Shown here: in pieces, positions 30,833-40,034 of the stretch
Layout of the letters: each line of letters starts with the position of its first letter
Position numbering within the stretch: position 1 is the first letter of the stretch
NCBI GenBank assembly: GCA_963708075.1
Contig: OY970194.1
Span: forward strand, 672,001 to 736,000
From: Sedimentisphaerales bacterium
GTDB taxonomy: Bacteria > Planctomycetota > Phycisphaerae > Sedimentisphaerales > Anaerobacaceae
Length of the DNA: 64,000 nucleotides
Direction: 5' to 3'
Program-made: the position numbers and the translations under genes
Notes under the pieces: model-generated
Databases searched by the model: none
Seen by the model: only the letters and a program-made list of their open reading frames with translations
What the model was told of the DNA's origin: nothing

Positions 30833-33022
30833 ATGCAGTCAGGGTTGAGCCTTCTGGACATCATCGTCCTCGTCGCGTACTTTGCAGTCATCATTGGAAT
30901 CGGCGTATGGTCGTCCCGCCACGTCAGGAACCAGGAGGACTATTTCCTCGCGGGACGGCGATTCGGCAAGCTCGTCCAAACGTTCACCTCTTTTGGAACA
31001 GGAACCAACGTTGAGAGTATCGTAGGGGTCGCCGCCACGACGTTCACGAATGGGGCCGCGGGGATTTGGAGCTCGCTCGTCTATCTCTTCGTCACTCCGG
31101 TTTACTGGCTGGTTGCCCCGTGGATGCGGCGTCTTCGCGTCCTGACCATGGCGGATTACTTAGAGGAACGGTATGGCTCTAAAGCTATCGCGGGCCTTTA
31201 CACGTTGGTGGCGACCCTGGTCACAATCGCGCACTTGTCCGTAGGCTTCAACGCAGGTTCCAAGACGGTGATGGCGCTGTATCCTAAGGGCATCGAACAA
31301 CTGACGGTTGCCGAGACGGAGGAGCTATCACGGGCGCAGGAATTGGAGCGGCTCCAAAAATCGGACTATGGGATCCTGTCCGACCAGGAAAAGGACCGCC
31401 TTGACCAACTGCAGCGCGAAGCGCCCCGAAAGGCGTTCTCTCATATCGACAAGAACATATTCATCTGGATCATCTGTATCATCACGCTGATCTATGGCAT
31501 CTCCGGCGGCATGGAGGCGGCTGCACTGGCGGATGTTCTGCAGGGCATGTGCATCATCTTCATTACCCTCATCGTCTTTCCCTTCTGCTGGGCTCAGATC
31601 AACGAGGTCTATGGCGGCAGCGGCGTGATGGACGCCCTGCAGACAATGCACACGCGGCTGCCTGAGTCGTTTTTCGATATCCTTGGCTCGCCCGCTCTGA
31701 TGGATTTCACATGGTTCTACATTGCCGCTCTTTCGATGATGACGATCAGCAACACGCCGGCCCAGGGCCACTTTTTGACGGGCAATGCATCGGCAAAGAA
31801 CGAGTTCGCCTGCCGATTCGGATCGATATGTGGAGGCTACATCAAGCGATTCTGTGCCGTCTTGTGGGGATTCTTCGCGCTCTGCGCCCTGGCCATCTTT
31901 CACGATAAGATCAATGACCCTGACCTGATGTGGGGATATGCCTCCCGCGAGCTGCTCGGTTCCGCCGGCTTCGGCCTGCTTGGACTCATGGTCGCGGGCT
32001 TGCTGGCGGCTCTCATGTCCACCGTGAGTACGCTCATGATCACGGGCTCCAGTCTGCTGGCCCGGAACATCTACCGGCCGCTTGTCCCAAACCGTCCCGA
32101 GAAGCACTATGTCCTCGTCGGACGGATGCTGAGCGTTTTTGTTGTCGTGTCCGGCGCCCTGATCGCAGCACAGTTCGACTCCATTCTCCAGTTGCTCAAG
32201 TTCATGTGGGAGATCAACATCATGATCGCGGCCACCTGGTGGCTCGGCATGAAGTGGCGGCGGGCCAACCGTATCGGCGCCTGGTCCTCCATGGGCTTCG
32301 CGTCGGTTTTCTTCTTCGTCCTGCCCCTTCTGCTGCCGGCGTTCGCACCTTGTCTGCGCTCCAATGAATACCTGCTCAAGACGACGCACGTGAAACCCGT
32401 GTCCCACACTTATCACGCGCACGAAATGGACGTCGAGATGCGTCAGAAGGAAATCGCCGGGTGGGAGGCAATGCCCGAGGAGCAAAGGAGCAGGGTGGCC
32501 AGGCCCTCTCCTCTGGCCGTGGGCGACGAATTCACGAAGACTGTCGCGCTTCCGGCCCAATCGATATTCTGGACCAAGGGCTTCAAGCAGAACATCGATG
32601 GGATGCCCGTGGGTGCCGGCATGTTGAATCTCGAGCTTGTCGCCCTGGATCGACTCGGATTCGATCTCACGAACAACACCTATGCCCTGAACGAAACGAC
32701 GCGTGTGCTGATCCGCACTATTCTGCCGTTCCTCATTCTCATGGTGGTGGCGCGGTTCACCCGACCGATGGAGAAGGAGCGTCTGGATCGCTTCTTTGTC
32801 AAGATGAAGACGGTGGTTCACGAGAATCGCGAGGTGGACGCTCGGGAAATGGAGCTGTCATACGCCAATCCGGATCGTTTCAACCACAAGAAGCTGTTTC
32901 CCAATTCCCATTGGGAGTTCGAGAAGTGGGACCGTGTGGACACAATCGGTTTCCTTCTGGCCCTGCTCACGGCCTTCGCGGTGTTGGGGTTCTTCAAGCT
33001 CCTGCTCAGCATCGGGGTCTGA
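30833..33022 (+). CDS. Sodium:solute symporter (SSS) family protein
   Basis: DYFLAGRRFGK, TMADYLEERYG, LADVLQG, GLLAALMST. Confidence 0.9.
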   Translation: MQSGLSLLDIIVLVAYFAVIIGIGVWSSRHVRNQEDYFLAGRRFGKLVQTFTSFGTGTNVESIVGVAATTFTNGAAGIWSSLVYLFVTPVYWLVAPWMRRLRVLTMADYLEERYGSKAIAGLYTLVATLVTIAHLSVGFNAGSKTVMALYPKGIEQLTVAETEELSRAQELERLQKSDYGILSDQEKDRLDQLQREAPRKAFSHIDKNIFIWIICIITLIYGISGGMEAAALADVLQGMCIIFITLIVFPFCWAQINEVYGGSGVMDALQTMHTRLPESFFDILGSPALMDFTWFYIAALSMMTISNTPAQGHFLTGNASAKNEFACRFGSICGGYIKRFCAVLWGFFALCALAIFHDKINDPDLMWGYASRELLGSAGFGLLGLMVAGLLAALMSTVSTLMITGSSLLARNIYRPLVPNRPEKHYVLVGRMLSVFVVVSGALIAAQFDSILQLLKFMWEINIMIAATWWLGMKWRRANRIGAWSSMGFASVFFFVLPLLLPAFAPCLRSNEYLLKTTHVKPVSHTYHAHEMDVEMRQKEIAGWEAMPEEQRSRVARPSPLAVGDEFTKTVALPAQSIFWTKGFKQNIDGMPVGAGMLNLELVALDRLGFDLTNNTYALNETTRVLIRTILPFLILMVVARFTRPMEKERLDRFFVKMKTVVHENREVDAREMELSYANPDRFNHKKLFPNSHWEFEKWDRVDTIGFLLALLTAFAVLGFFKLLLSIGV

Positions 33023-33096
33023 GAGCGTCAAAGCATTGCGCCCAGTCGTCGAGGATTCACGCTAGACTCCACATCGAAGCGTGAGGACAGGAGAGT

Positions 33097-34270
33097 CTAC
33101 TGACTTCGCACGCTGCCTATGCTGTGCACTCTGCGATAGGCCAGGGGGCTCATTCCCTTCTCCTGGCGGAAGGGCCGGGAGATGTGTTTCTCATTGCTGA
33201 AACGCAGGACCGACGCGATTTGTGCCACCGACAGGTTTGTTTCCGTCAGGAGCAGGCAGACCTGTTCGATGCGGACCCGCGTGATCTCGTTCAGGATGGA
33301 CTGGCCGAGGACCTTGCGGAATCGTTGCTCGAGCGTGCGGCGGGACAAACCGGACGCCTCCACCACATCCGCCACTTGCATCGGCTCGCGGGCATGCTCG
33401 TGGATGTATCGCATGGCCTGGGCTACCTCGCGGTCCTCGGTGGCGAGAATATCCGTGGACTGGCGAGTCACCACATGGGTTGGCCGGATGATCACGCTGT
33501 GGTCGCCCGGCCGCATCTTTCTCCCCGCCATCATCTTGTCCAACAACGCCGCCGCCTCATACCCGCCTTTCTCCACGTCGAGGGCCACACTGGACAGCGG
33601 GGGATCGCATAATTCGCAGATCACGTCATCGTTCAGAACCCCCACGACGGCCACATCCTCGGGCACATGAATGCCCGTCAGCTTGCAGCCTTCGAGAACG
33701 TGCTGGCCCCGATAGTCGGTGCAGGCCATGATCCCGATCGGTTTGGGCAGGGATTTGAGCCATGCGGCAATGCTATTCTGCTCCTTGAACCAGCGCCCCG
33801 TGGACAGCGACTCGGGCTTCTCATAGAGGCAGGTTCTCAAAACCGGCCTGCTTGACTCTCTGGGCAAAACCCTCGGCGCGCGTCTTCGACCATGGCGTAT
33901 CGGAAAAGCCGCAGAAGCCGAAGTTCTTGAACCCTCGTTCCAGTAGATGCTCCGCCCCCATTTTGCCCACCTGCAAGGAATCGACAAGGATGCAGGGAAA
34001 GCCGGGGATGGCGCCGGTGGCGCGTGGGGCGAAAATGGCGGCCAAACCTGCCGCCCGGACCTCCTCGGGTTTGATGGCATCCCCGCGAATAATGATTCCA
34101 TCCGCGTCCCATTTGTGGAGCTTGGGCGACTTGCCGCGCAATCCCCGGGGCTCGCGGGAGAACATCCAGGGACCGTAGATGCGGGAGTATCGTGTGATCC
34201 CACGGATGAGGTCCCGTCCAAACTCGTGGGATGTTTCAATCAGCAAGATGACTCTCGGGATTCTATGCAT
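33097..34270 (-). CDS. xylR: XylR-type regulator (LacI-like ligand domain plus AraC HTH); frameshift at ~33835
   Basis: VILLIETSHEFGRDLIRGI in 33821..34270; LPKPIGIMACTD, VPEDVAVVG, PPLSSV, RQSTD, SRRTLEQRF, GMSPLAYR in 33097 frame; one extra A at 33834-33835. Confidence 0.88.
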
Positions 34271-34406
34271 GTGTGCGCTGCCTGTGTGATGCCGGTTGAC
34301 TGTATTTCAGAACTGCTGCATATCCTTCAGATCGACATTACCGCTCGTAAACGTCACGTTCAATATGGGCAGTATACCCGCTACACATGGGGCGGGGAAG
34401 GCCCTG

Positions 34407-34471
34407 TGCGCAAAATGGGGGTGAAAAAGGCGCAAAGTGGCGTTCGGATACTCATGCGGGTCAGCTAAGAT
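34407..34471 (+). promoter_or_regulatory. AraC/XylR-type operator plus -10, copy 4
   Basis: TGCGCAAAATGGGGGTGAAAAAGGCGCAAAGTGGCGTT-N21-TAAGAT, upstream of the pilin-LamG-GH106 unit. Confidence 0.78.
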
Positions 34472-34568
34472 ACTATGACAAAGGATGATTCCGGGTAGCA
34501 CAGGTGATCCTCGGAATGAACATCATAAATACATTCGATCTGCACGGGAGGGAGGAAGGAGTAACGCT

Positions 34569-35309
34569 GTGAGAAGGGGTCAGGGTTTCACGCTGATCGA
34601 GCTACTGGTCGTCATCGCCATCATCGCCCTGTTGATGGGGATTCTCATGCCTACCCTGCAACGAGCCAGGAAGAGCGCCAGGAGCGTAGCCTGCCAGGCA
34701 TCTTTGCGTCAATGGGGCCTCGTGCTGAAGTTGTATGCGGATGACAACGATGGCTACTTCTTCAAAGGCGGCGGCGGGGTCGACTGGTTCTCTACCCTGA
34801 AGCCCTGGTACGGCCAGCAGGAGATGACCTTCTGCATGGAAGCCAGACGTGCGCCCAGCGAATCGACCGGGACAGCACACTTGTTTGGAAACACCTACCA
34901 ATCCTGGTTGTATTCAGGACATCAGGGCAGTTATGGGGTCAACATGTGGATCTTCAATGAGTTCGGAGAGGGAAATGACGCGTGGGGTAAGCCGAAGAGA
35001 TGGTGTTGGCGGACCCCGTACGTGAAAGAGGCCCAGAATATCCCGATATTCCTCGACGCCACATGGGGTGGTACCCATCCGGATGAGTTCGACGAGCCGC
35101 CAGTCTTCGAGGGAGATCCGGAATCCAAATTTATGGGCCGCTTCTGCATCAATCGCCACAACGGCGGCGTGAACACTGTCTTCTGCGATTTCTCCACAAG
35201 GAAGGTTGGACTCAAGGAACTCTGGCGGTTGAAATGGCATCGTCATTATGACGTCCATACGGCGGCGCCGATATGGCCGGAATGGATGAGGAGTTTCAAA
35301 GACTACTGA
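34569..35309 (+). CDS. Prepilin-type N-terminal cleavage/methylation protein (DUF1559 / H-X9-DG-like)
   Basis: GTG start after [54 protein letters not shown]-terminal RHNGGVNTVFCD. Confidence 0.88.
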   Translation: MRRGQGFTLIELLVVIAIIALLMGILMPTLQRARKSARSVACQASLRQWGLVLKLYADDNDGYFFKGGGGVDWFSTLKPWYGQQEMTFCMEARRAPSESTGTAHLFGNTYQSWLYSGHQGSYGVNMWIFNEFGEGNDAWGKPKRWCWRTPYVKEAQNIPIFLDATWGGTHPDEFDEPPVFEGDPESKFMGRFCINRHNGGVNTVFCDFSTRKVGLKELWRLKWHRHYDVHTAAPIWPEWMRSFKDY

Positions 35310-35367
35310 TCTGTGGTAGACATAATCGATTATGTTGAGGCCCATTTTCTCGAAAACGAGGTGTGTG

Positions 35368-38289
35368 ATGCATAAGAAATCATTTCTCCTGGCATGCTCT
35401 CTGCTGTCACTGATGTGGATAGGTACGGCATCCGCGAGACTGGTTGCGCAGTATGAGTTTGAGAACAATACGAATGACACCTCGGGGTACGGGCAAAATG
35501 CCGTCGCCCACGGCGGTCCCACCTACGGGGCCGGCAAGTTCGGCAAAGCGATGCATTTCGATGGCATCGATGACTACGTGGACATCGACCCCTTCAAGTA
35601 CACCAATGACGACGGGGAGTTCACCCTGACGTTCTGGTTCAAGGTGAAAACGATTCCCGACACGGCCACCAACCAGAGCTTTCCGTATTTGTTCAGCCAC
35701 GGCATGACGAACAGAAACAACAACATATCCGTCTATTTCCGCGCCAAGGAAGTCGATCAAAGAACGCACACGCGGCTGATGGATCTCAAGAATCCGGAGG
35801 ATATCAGAGGAAGCGGAGGGCCGGTGTGGATCACCGATCTTCCCGCGGCAGAGATGGCGAACGGACAGTGGCACATGTACACGATCTCGTCATCGGCTGT
35901 GGATGGAGGCACCATCTACATCGATGGCAAGGTCATAAGCTCCAATCCGAACTACAAGAGCGACATGGTCAACCTCAGGGATAAGATCAATCTCGGACGC
36001 AGAGGTTTCGAGGGCGAGGCCTCAAGGTACTTCGGCAGCTCGGATCCTGAGGACGGCCTGCTCGACGACGTCCGCATCTACGCTCGCGCCTTGACGGCGG
36101 AGGAGGTAGGCATCGTCATGACCGGCGCGCGTCTGGCGTTTCCGCGAGCCTGGAACCCGTCGCCGAACGGCAAGGAATTCGTGAGTGAAGACGTGGTCCT
36201 CTCCTGGTCGCCCGGCGAGGAAAACGGCAACGTCAAGCCGGTTCCGCACGACGTTTACTTTGGCACAAGCTTTGAGGAGGTAAGGACGGCGACAGGCGGC
36301 GACGATCCGGATGTCCGGTATTTTCCCATGAGCGCCAACAGCATCGATCTTCCGGACCCGCTGGTGCCGGGCACGACCTATTATTGGCGTGTTGACGCGA
36401 TCTACGACGTGAACACCTACAAGGGCGACATCTGGAGCTTCACGGTACATCCTTCCGCGGTGTTCGAGCCTAGTCCATCCGACGGCACGACAGATGTGCC
36501 CGTCGATGTGACGCTGACTTGGGCGGCAGGGCAGCTCCAGGCGGCGCCTCCCGTGCAGCATGAGCTCTACGTTGGGACTCTGTTCAACGAGGTCGATCAG
36601 GCGAGCAGCGACAGCCACCCCGGCGTGGAGTTCAAGAGCCTTGACGTGGATCAGTTCCAGCCCGGCAATCTGGGCCTGGGTACGACGTACTTCTGGCGGG
36701 TGGATGAGCGTTACGCCGGGGCCACCGTGAAAGGCGATATGTGGGCGTTCACGACGATCCCGTTCGTGGTGGTTGATGGTTTCGAGGATTACAACGACTA
36801 TCCGCCGTACCGGGTGTTCGACACTTGGATCGACGGATGGGAGATCGCCGACAATGGCGCCACGGTCGGTTATCCCGACCCTGACTTCGAGCGGGACGAG
36901 CACTTCGTGGAGGTCAAGGTCATCCATGGGGGTAAGCAGGCCATGCCGCTGGCTTACGACAATTCAGACACAGCCCGATATTCGAAAGCCTCAGCGGATC
37001 TCAGTGCGCTGGGTGTCACCTCTGATTGGACGAAGACCAGCGCCAAGGCTTTGGTGCTGTACTTCTATGGGGATGCGGACAATCAGATACGCGCCACGGA
37101 GCGCATGGAGATCTCCCTGGAAGATACTGCCGGCCATGTCGCCGCCGTCCCCTATGACGGCAGCATGTCCGATATACAGCAAGCGGCGTGGCATGAGTGG
37201 AACATTGATCTGCAGAAGTTCAGCGATGCCGGGGTGAATCTGAGCAGCGTGGCGAAAATAGCCATTGGGATTGGCGATCCGAAGGGGACGGTACGCGGCG
37301 GCACAGGGACGATATATGTGGATGACATACGCCTTTACGTCAGCAGGTGCCTTGCCCAGTACCGACCGGCCGCCGACCTGAACGGAGACTGCCGCGTCGA
37401 TTACAGAGACCTCCAGATCATGGCGGAGGACTGGCTGATGGCTGACCGCACCTCGGCCGGCGTGAAGGCGGAGTACCTGTTCGAAGGCAATACGGAGGAC
37501 ACCTCCGGCAACGGGCATCACGCTACCGCATTCGGCGGTCCCAAGTACGTCGCCTTTGATTTCGGCCAGGCAATGAGTTTCGACGGCGTCGATGACTACG
37601 TGGAAATCCAGCCGTTCAAGTACACCAACGACCTCGGGGAATTCAGCGTCAGCTTCTGGTTCAAAGTGCACGACGTGAACGCGACCCCCACGAACAACGG
37701 ATTCCCGTACCTGTTCAACCACGGAATGACCAACAGGTGCAACAACATATCCATTTACTTCCTCAGTTCGGATGGAGCCCTCAGGACGCATACGAGGCTC
37801 ATGAATCCCGCCAACCCGGAGGACGTCCGGGGGGGCGGGGGCGGTCCGCTGTTCACGTACGACGTCCCCGGCCTGGCCAACGGGCAATGGTACTTCTACA
37901 CGCTGACGTCCTCAGCCGGGACAGGAGGCGCCATCTACATCGACGGTCAGGTCAAGGCCGCCAACCCGAACTACAAGAGCAACATGGTGAATCTGACTGA
38001 CACGATCAATTTAGGGCGCAGGGGGTACGTCGGCGAGAACACAAGGTTCTTCGGCAGTTCCGATGAGGACAACGGCCTGATCGACGATGTTCACTTCTAC
38101 GATCGAGCGCTTTCTCCCGAGGAAATCGCCACAGTCATGGACGGCAAAGGGCTGGAGAGCGCAGCGTACTACCCGATTGTCTCGCCGGCCAACCTCTACG
38201 ACAAGGAGCCGACTCTGTCCAAACGCATCAATTTCAAGGATTTTGCCGCCTTGGCCCAGCAGTGGCTTCAGGTGCGGCTGTGGCCGTGA
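35368..38289 (+). CDS. Secreted protein with two LamG-like jellyroll domains, Ig/FN3-like repeats and a split dockerin-like motif
   Basis: Signal peptide; FDGIDDYV...WHMYT...LDDVRIYARAL twice; TYYWRVD repeats; ADLNGDCRVDYRDL. Confidence 0.82.
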   Translation: MHKKSFLLACSLLSLMWIGTASARLVAQYEFENNTNDTSGYGQNAVAHGGPTYGAGKFGKAMHFDGIDDYVDIDPFKYTNDDGEFTLTFWFKVKTIPDTATNQSFPYLFSHGMTNRNNNISVYFRAKEVDQRTHTRLMDLKNPEDIRGSGGPVWITDLPAAEMANGQWHMYTISSSAVDGGTIYIDGKVISSNPNYKSDMVNLRDKINLGRRGFEGEASRYFGSSDPEDGLLDDVRIYARALTAEEVGIVMTGARLAFPRAWNPSPNGKEFVSEDVVLSWSPGEENGNVKPVPHDVYFGTSFEEVRTATGGDDPDVRYFPMSANSIDLPDPLVPGTTYYWRVDAIYDVNTYKGDIWSFTVHPSAVFEPSPSDGTTDVPVDVTLTWAAGQLQAAPPVQHELYVGTLFNEVDQASSDSHPGVEFKSLDVDQFQPGNLGLGTTYFWRVDERYAGATVKGDMWAFTTIPFVVVDGFEDYNDYPPYRVFDTWIDGWEIADNGATVGYPDPDFERDEHFVEVKVIHGGKQAMPLAYDNSDTARYSKASADLSALGVTSDWTKTSAKALVLYFYGDADNQIRATERMEISLEDTAGHVAAVPYDGSMSDIQQAAWHEWNIDLQKFSDAGVNLSSVAKIAIGIGDPKGTVRGGTGTIYVDDIRLYVSRCLAQYRPAADLNGDCRVDYRDLQIMAEDWLMADRTSAGVKAEYLFEGNTEDTSGNGHHATAFGGPKYVAFDFGQAMSFDGVDDYVEIQPFKYTNDLGEFSVSFWFKVHDVNATPTNNGFPYLFNHGMTNRCNNISIYFLSSDGALRTHTRLMNPANPEDVRGGGGGPLFTYDVPGLANGQWYFYTLTSSAGTGGAIYIDGQVKAANPNYKSNMVNLTDTINLGRRGYVGENTRFFGSSDEDNGLIDDVHFYDRALSPEEIATVMDGKGLESAAYYPIVSPANLYDKEPTLSKRINFKDFAALAQQWLQVRLWP

Positions 38290-38379
38290 CAGAAAGACCC
38301 GTTGCATACGTGTGTGAGGTGCAGGATCATGGAAACCCACCCCAAAGAACCGGTTCTGAATGAACCAGGAGGAAAGAGT

Positions 38380-39927
38380 ATGGTGACGAGAAGATTGTTG
38401 TGCGCAGTCGGTGTCATGCTGTTGCTCGCCTTGGTCAATGGCGCCATGGGCGACCTGGTGGCCAGGTACGGATTCGAGGGCGATGTGAACGATAGCTCGG
38501 GGAATGGGCATGTCGGAACCGCCTACGGCGGCCCCGGATACGCGCCGGGCAGGTTCGGCCTTGCGATGGATTTCGATGGGGCCGACGATTACATAGAGAT
38601 CGCTCCCTTCAAATACACAGGTGACTCGGGCGAGTTCAGTCTGACGTTCTGGTTCAACGTCAAGAGTATCGCTGCGACAGCCGCCAATAATGGGTTCCCG
38701 TATTTGTTCAATCACGGCATGACGAACAGGAGCAACAACATCTCCGTGTATTTCCGCAGCGCTGAGGGCGACCAGAGGACGCACACGAGATTGCAGAATC
38801 CCGCTAAGCCCGATGATGTCCGAGGCTCGACCGGCCCGCTATTTATCGTAGATACGAAGGGCCCGGCGGGGGCAGGGATGGTGGATGGGCAGTGGCACAT
38901 GTACACGCTCACTTCCTCCGCGGCCAAGGGCGGCACAGTCTACATTGACGGTGTGGCCATGGGCACAAATCCGGACTACAAGGGCAACCTGGTGAATTTG
39001 ACCGACATGATCGTCCTGGGACGCAGGGGCTATCAGGGCGAGGCCACAAGATATTTCGGCGGTCCCGAACCCAATGACGGCATGCTCGATGATGTATGCC
39101 TGTGGAATGAGGCCCTGACCCCGGCGGCTGTCGGCCGGCTGTATGCGTATGGCGTCCTCGGGCCCGCCAATGTCATCGTGGTTTCGGATGCCTTCGATAA
39201 GGACGTCGATGGAGTCCAGGATGACCAGGGCCTGGTGGATTGGCTGACGGCCCAGGGCCATACCGTCGATTTCCGGCTCGACTACTGGAACGTGCTCGAT
39301 CCCAACAAGATCGCGGAGCTTAACGCCGCCGACTTGGTCATCGTGAGCCGCTCGGCGAGTACCGGCGATTACGATGATGGCACGGATGAGATCGCCGCAT
39401 GGAACGCCCTCAAACCGCCGGTCATCTGCCTCCAGGCCTACATGGTCAGAAACAATCGGTGGAAGTGGATCAACTCCGACACGGCGACCAATAACACGAC
39501 CTTGTCCCTGATGCAGGTGCTGGACCCCAATCACCCGATCTTTGCCGGCGTGACGCTGAATTCGCTCGATCCGAACGATCCGAATAGCCCGCGCGACCTG
39601 GCGTTGGTTGTGGACCCGAACGTCGGCACGGGCATTACCTCGTTCGTCGCCGGCCTCGACATGGGCAACGGCCGGTTGCTTGCCAAGACCGCCACGGGCG
39701 ACTACGCTTGGATCGCGGAATGGCAGCCCGGCATCGAGTTCTATGCCGAGGCAGGCCAGATCGCCGGCGGCAGGCGCCTGCTGTTCTGCGCAGGCACACA
39801 GGAAGTCGGGGCGACCCTCCAGGGCGCGTTCAACCTCACCGCCGAAGGCCAGGAGATGCTCCGCAACGCAATCGCTTATCTGCGTGCTGAGCCGGTCGAG
39901 CCTCCACAGCAAGTCAGCGAGCAGTAG
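38380..39927 (+). CDS. Secreted LamG-like jellyroll domain protein with uncharacterised C-terminal domain
   Basis: Signal peptide; FDGADDYI, WHMYT, LDDVCLWNEAL; GGAGG RBS. Confidence 0.8.
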   Translation: MVTRRLLCAVGVMLLLALVNGAMGDLVARYGFEGDVNDSSGNGHVGTAYGGPGYAPGRFGLAMDFDGADDYIEIAPFKYTGDSGEFSLTFWFNVKSIAATAANNGFPYLFNHGMTNRSNNISVYFRSAEGDQRTHTRLQNPAKPDDVRGSTGPLFIVDTKGPAGAGMVDGQWHMYTLTSSAAKGGTVYIDGVAMGTNPDYKGNLVNLTDMIVLGRRGYQGEATRYFGGPEPNDGMLDDVCLWNEALTPAAVGRLYAYGVLGPANVIVVSDAFDKDVDGVQDDQGLVDWLTAQGHTVDFRLDYWNVLDPNKIAELNAADLVIVSRSASTGDYDDGTDEIAAWNALKPPVICLQAYMVRNNRWKWINSDTATNNTTLSLMQVLDPNHPIFAGVTLNSLDPNDPNSPRDLALVVDPNVGTGITSFVAGLDMGNGRLLAKTATGDYAWIAEWQPGIEFYAEAGQIAGGRRLLFCAGTQEVGATLQGAFNLTAEGQEMLRNAIAYLRAEPVEPPQQVSEQ

Positions 39928-40034
39928 TCTTGTAGTTGATAGCGCAAACGGTGATTCCAGAAACAGGATCATGTTACACAGCGGGGCCTGTACCAGGTAC
40001 GGGCCCCGCCCTTATAGCAGCAAAGGACCCAAGA

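Noticed and set aside
21583..34471. CRISPR array or IS terminal repeats for the recurring GCGCAAAATGGGGG motif
   Set aside because: Copies are dispersed, each precedes a gene start with fixed -10 spacing, and no cas or transposase genes are present.
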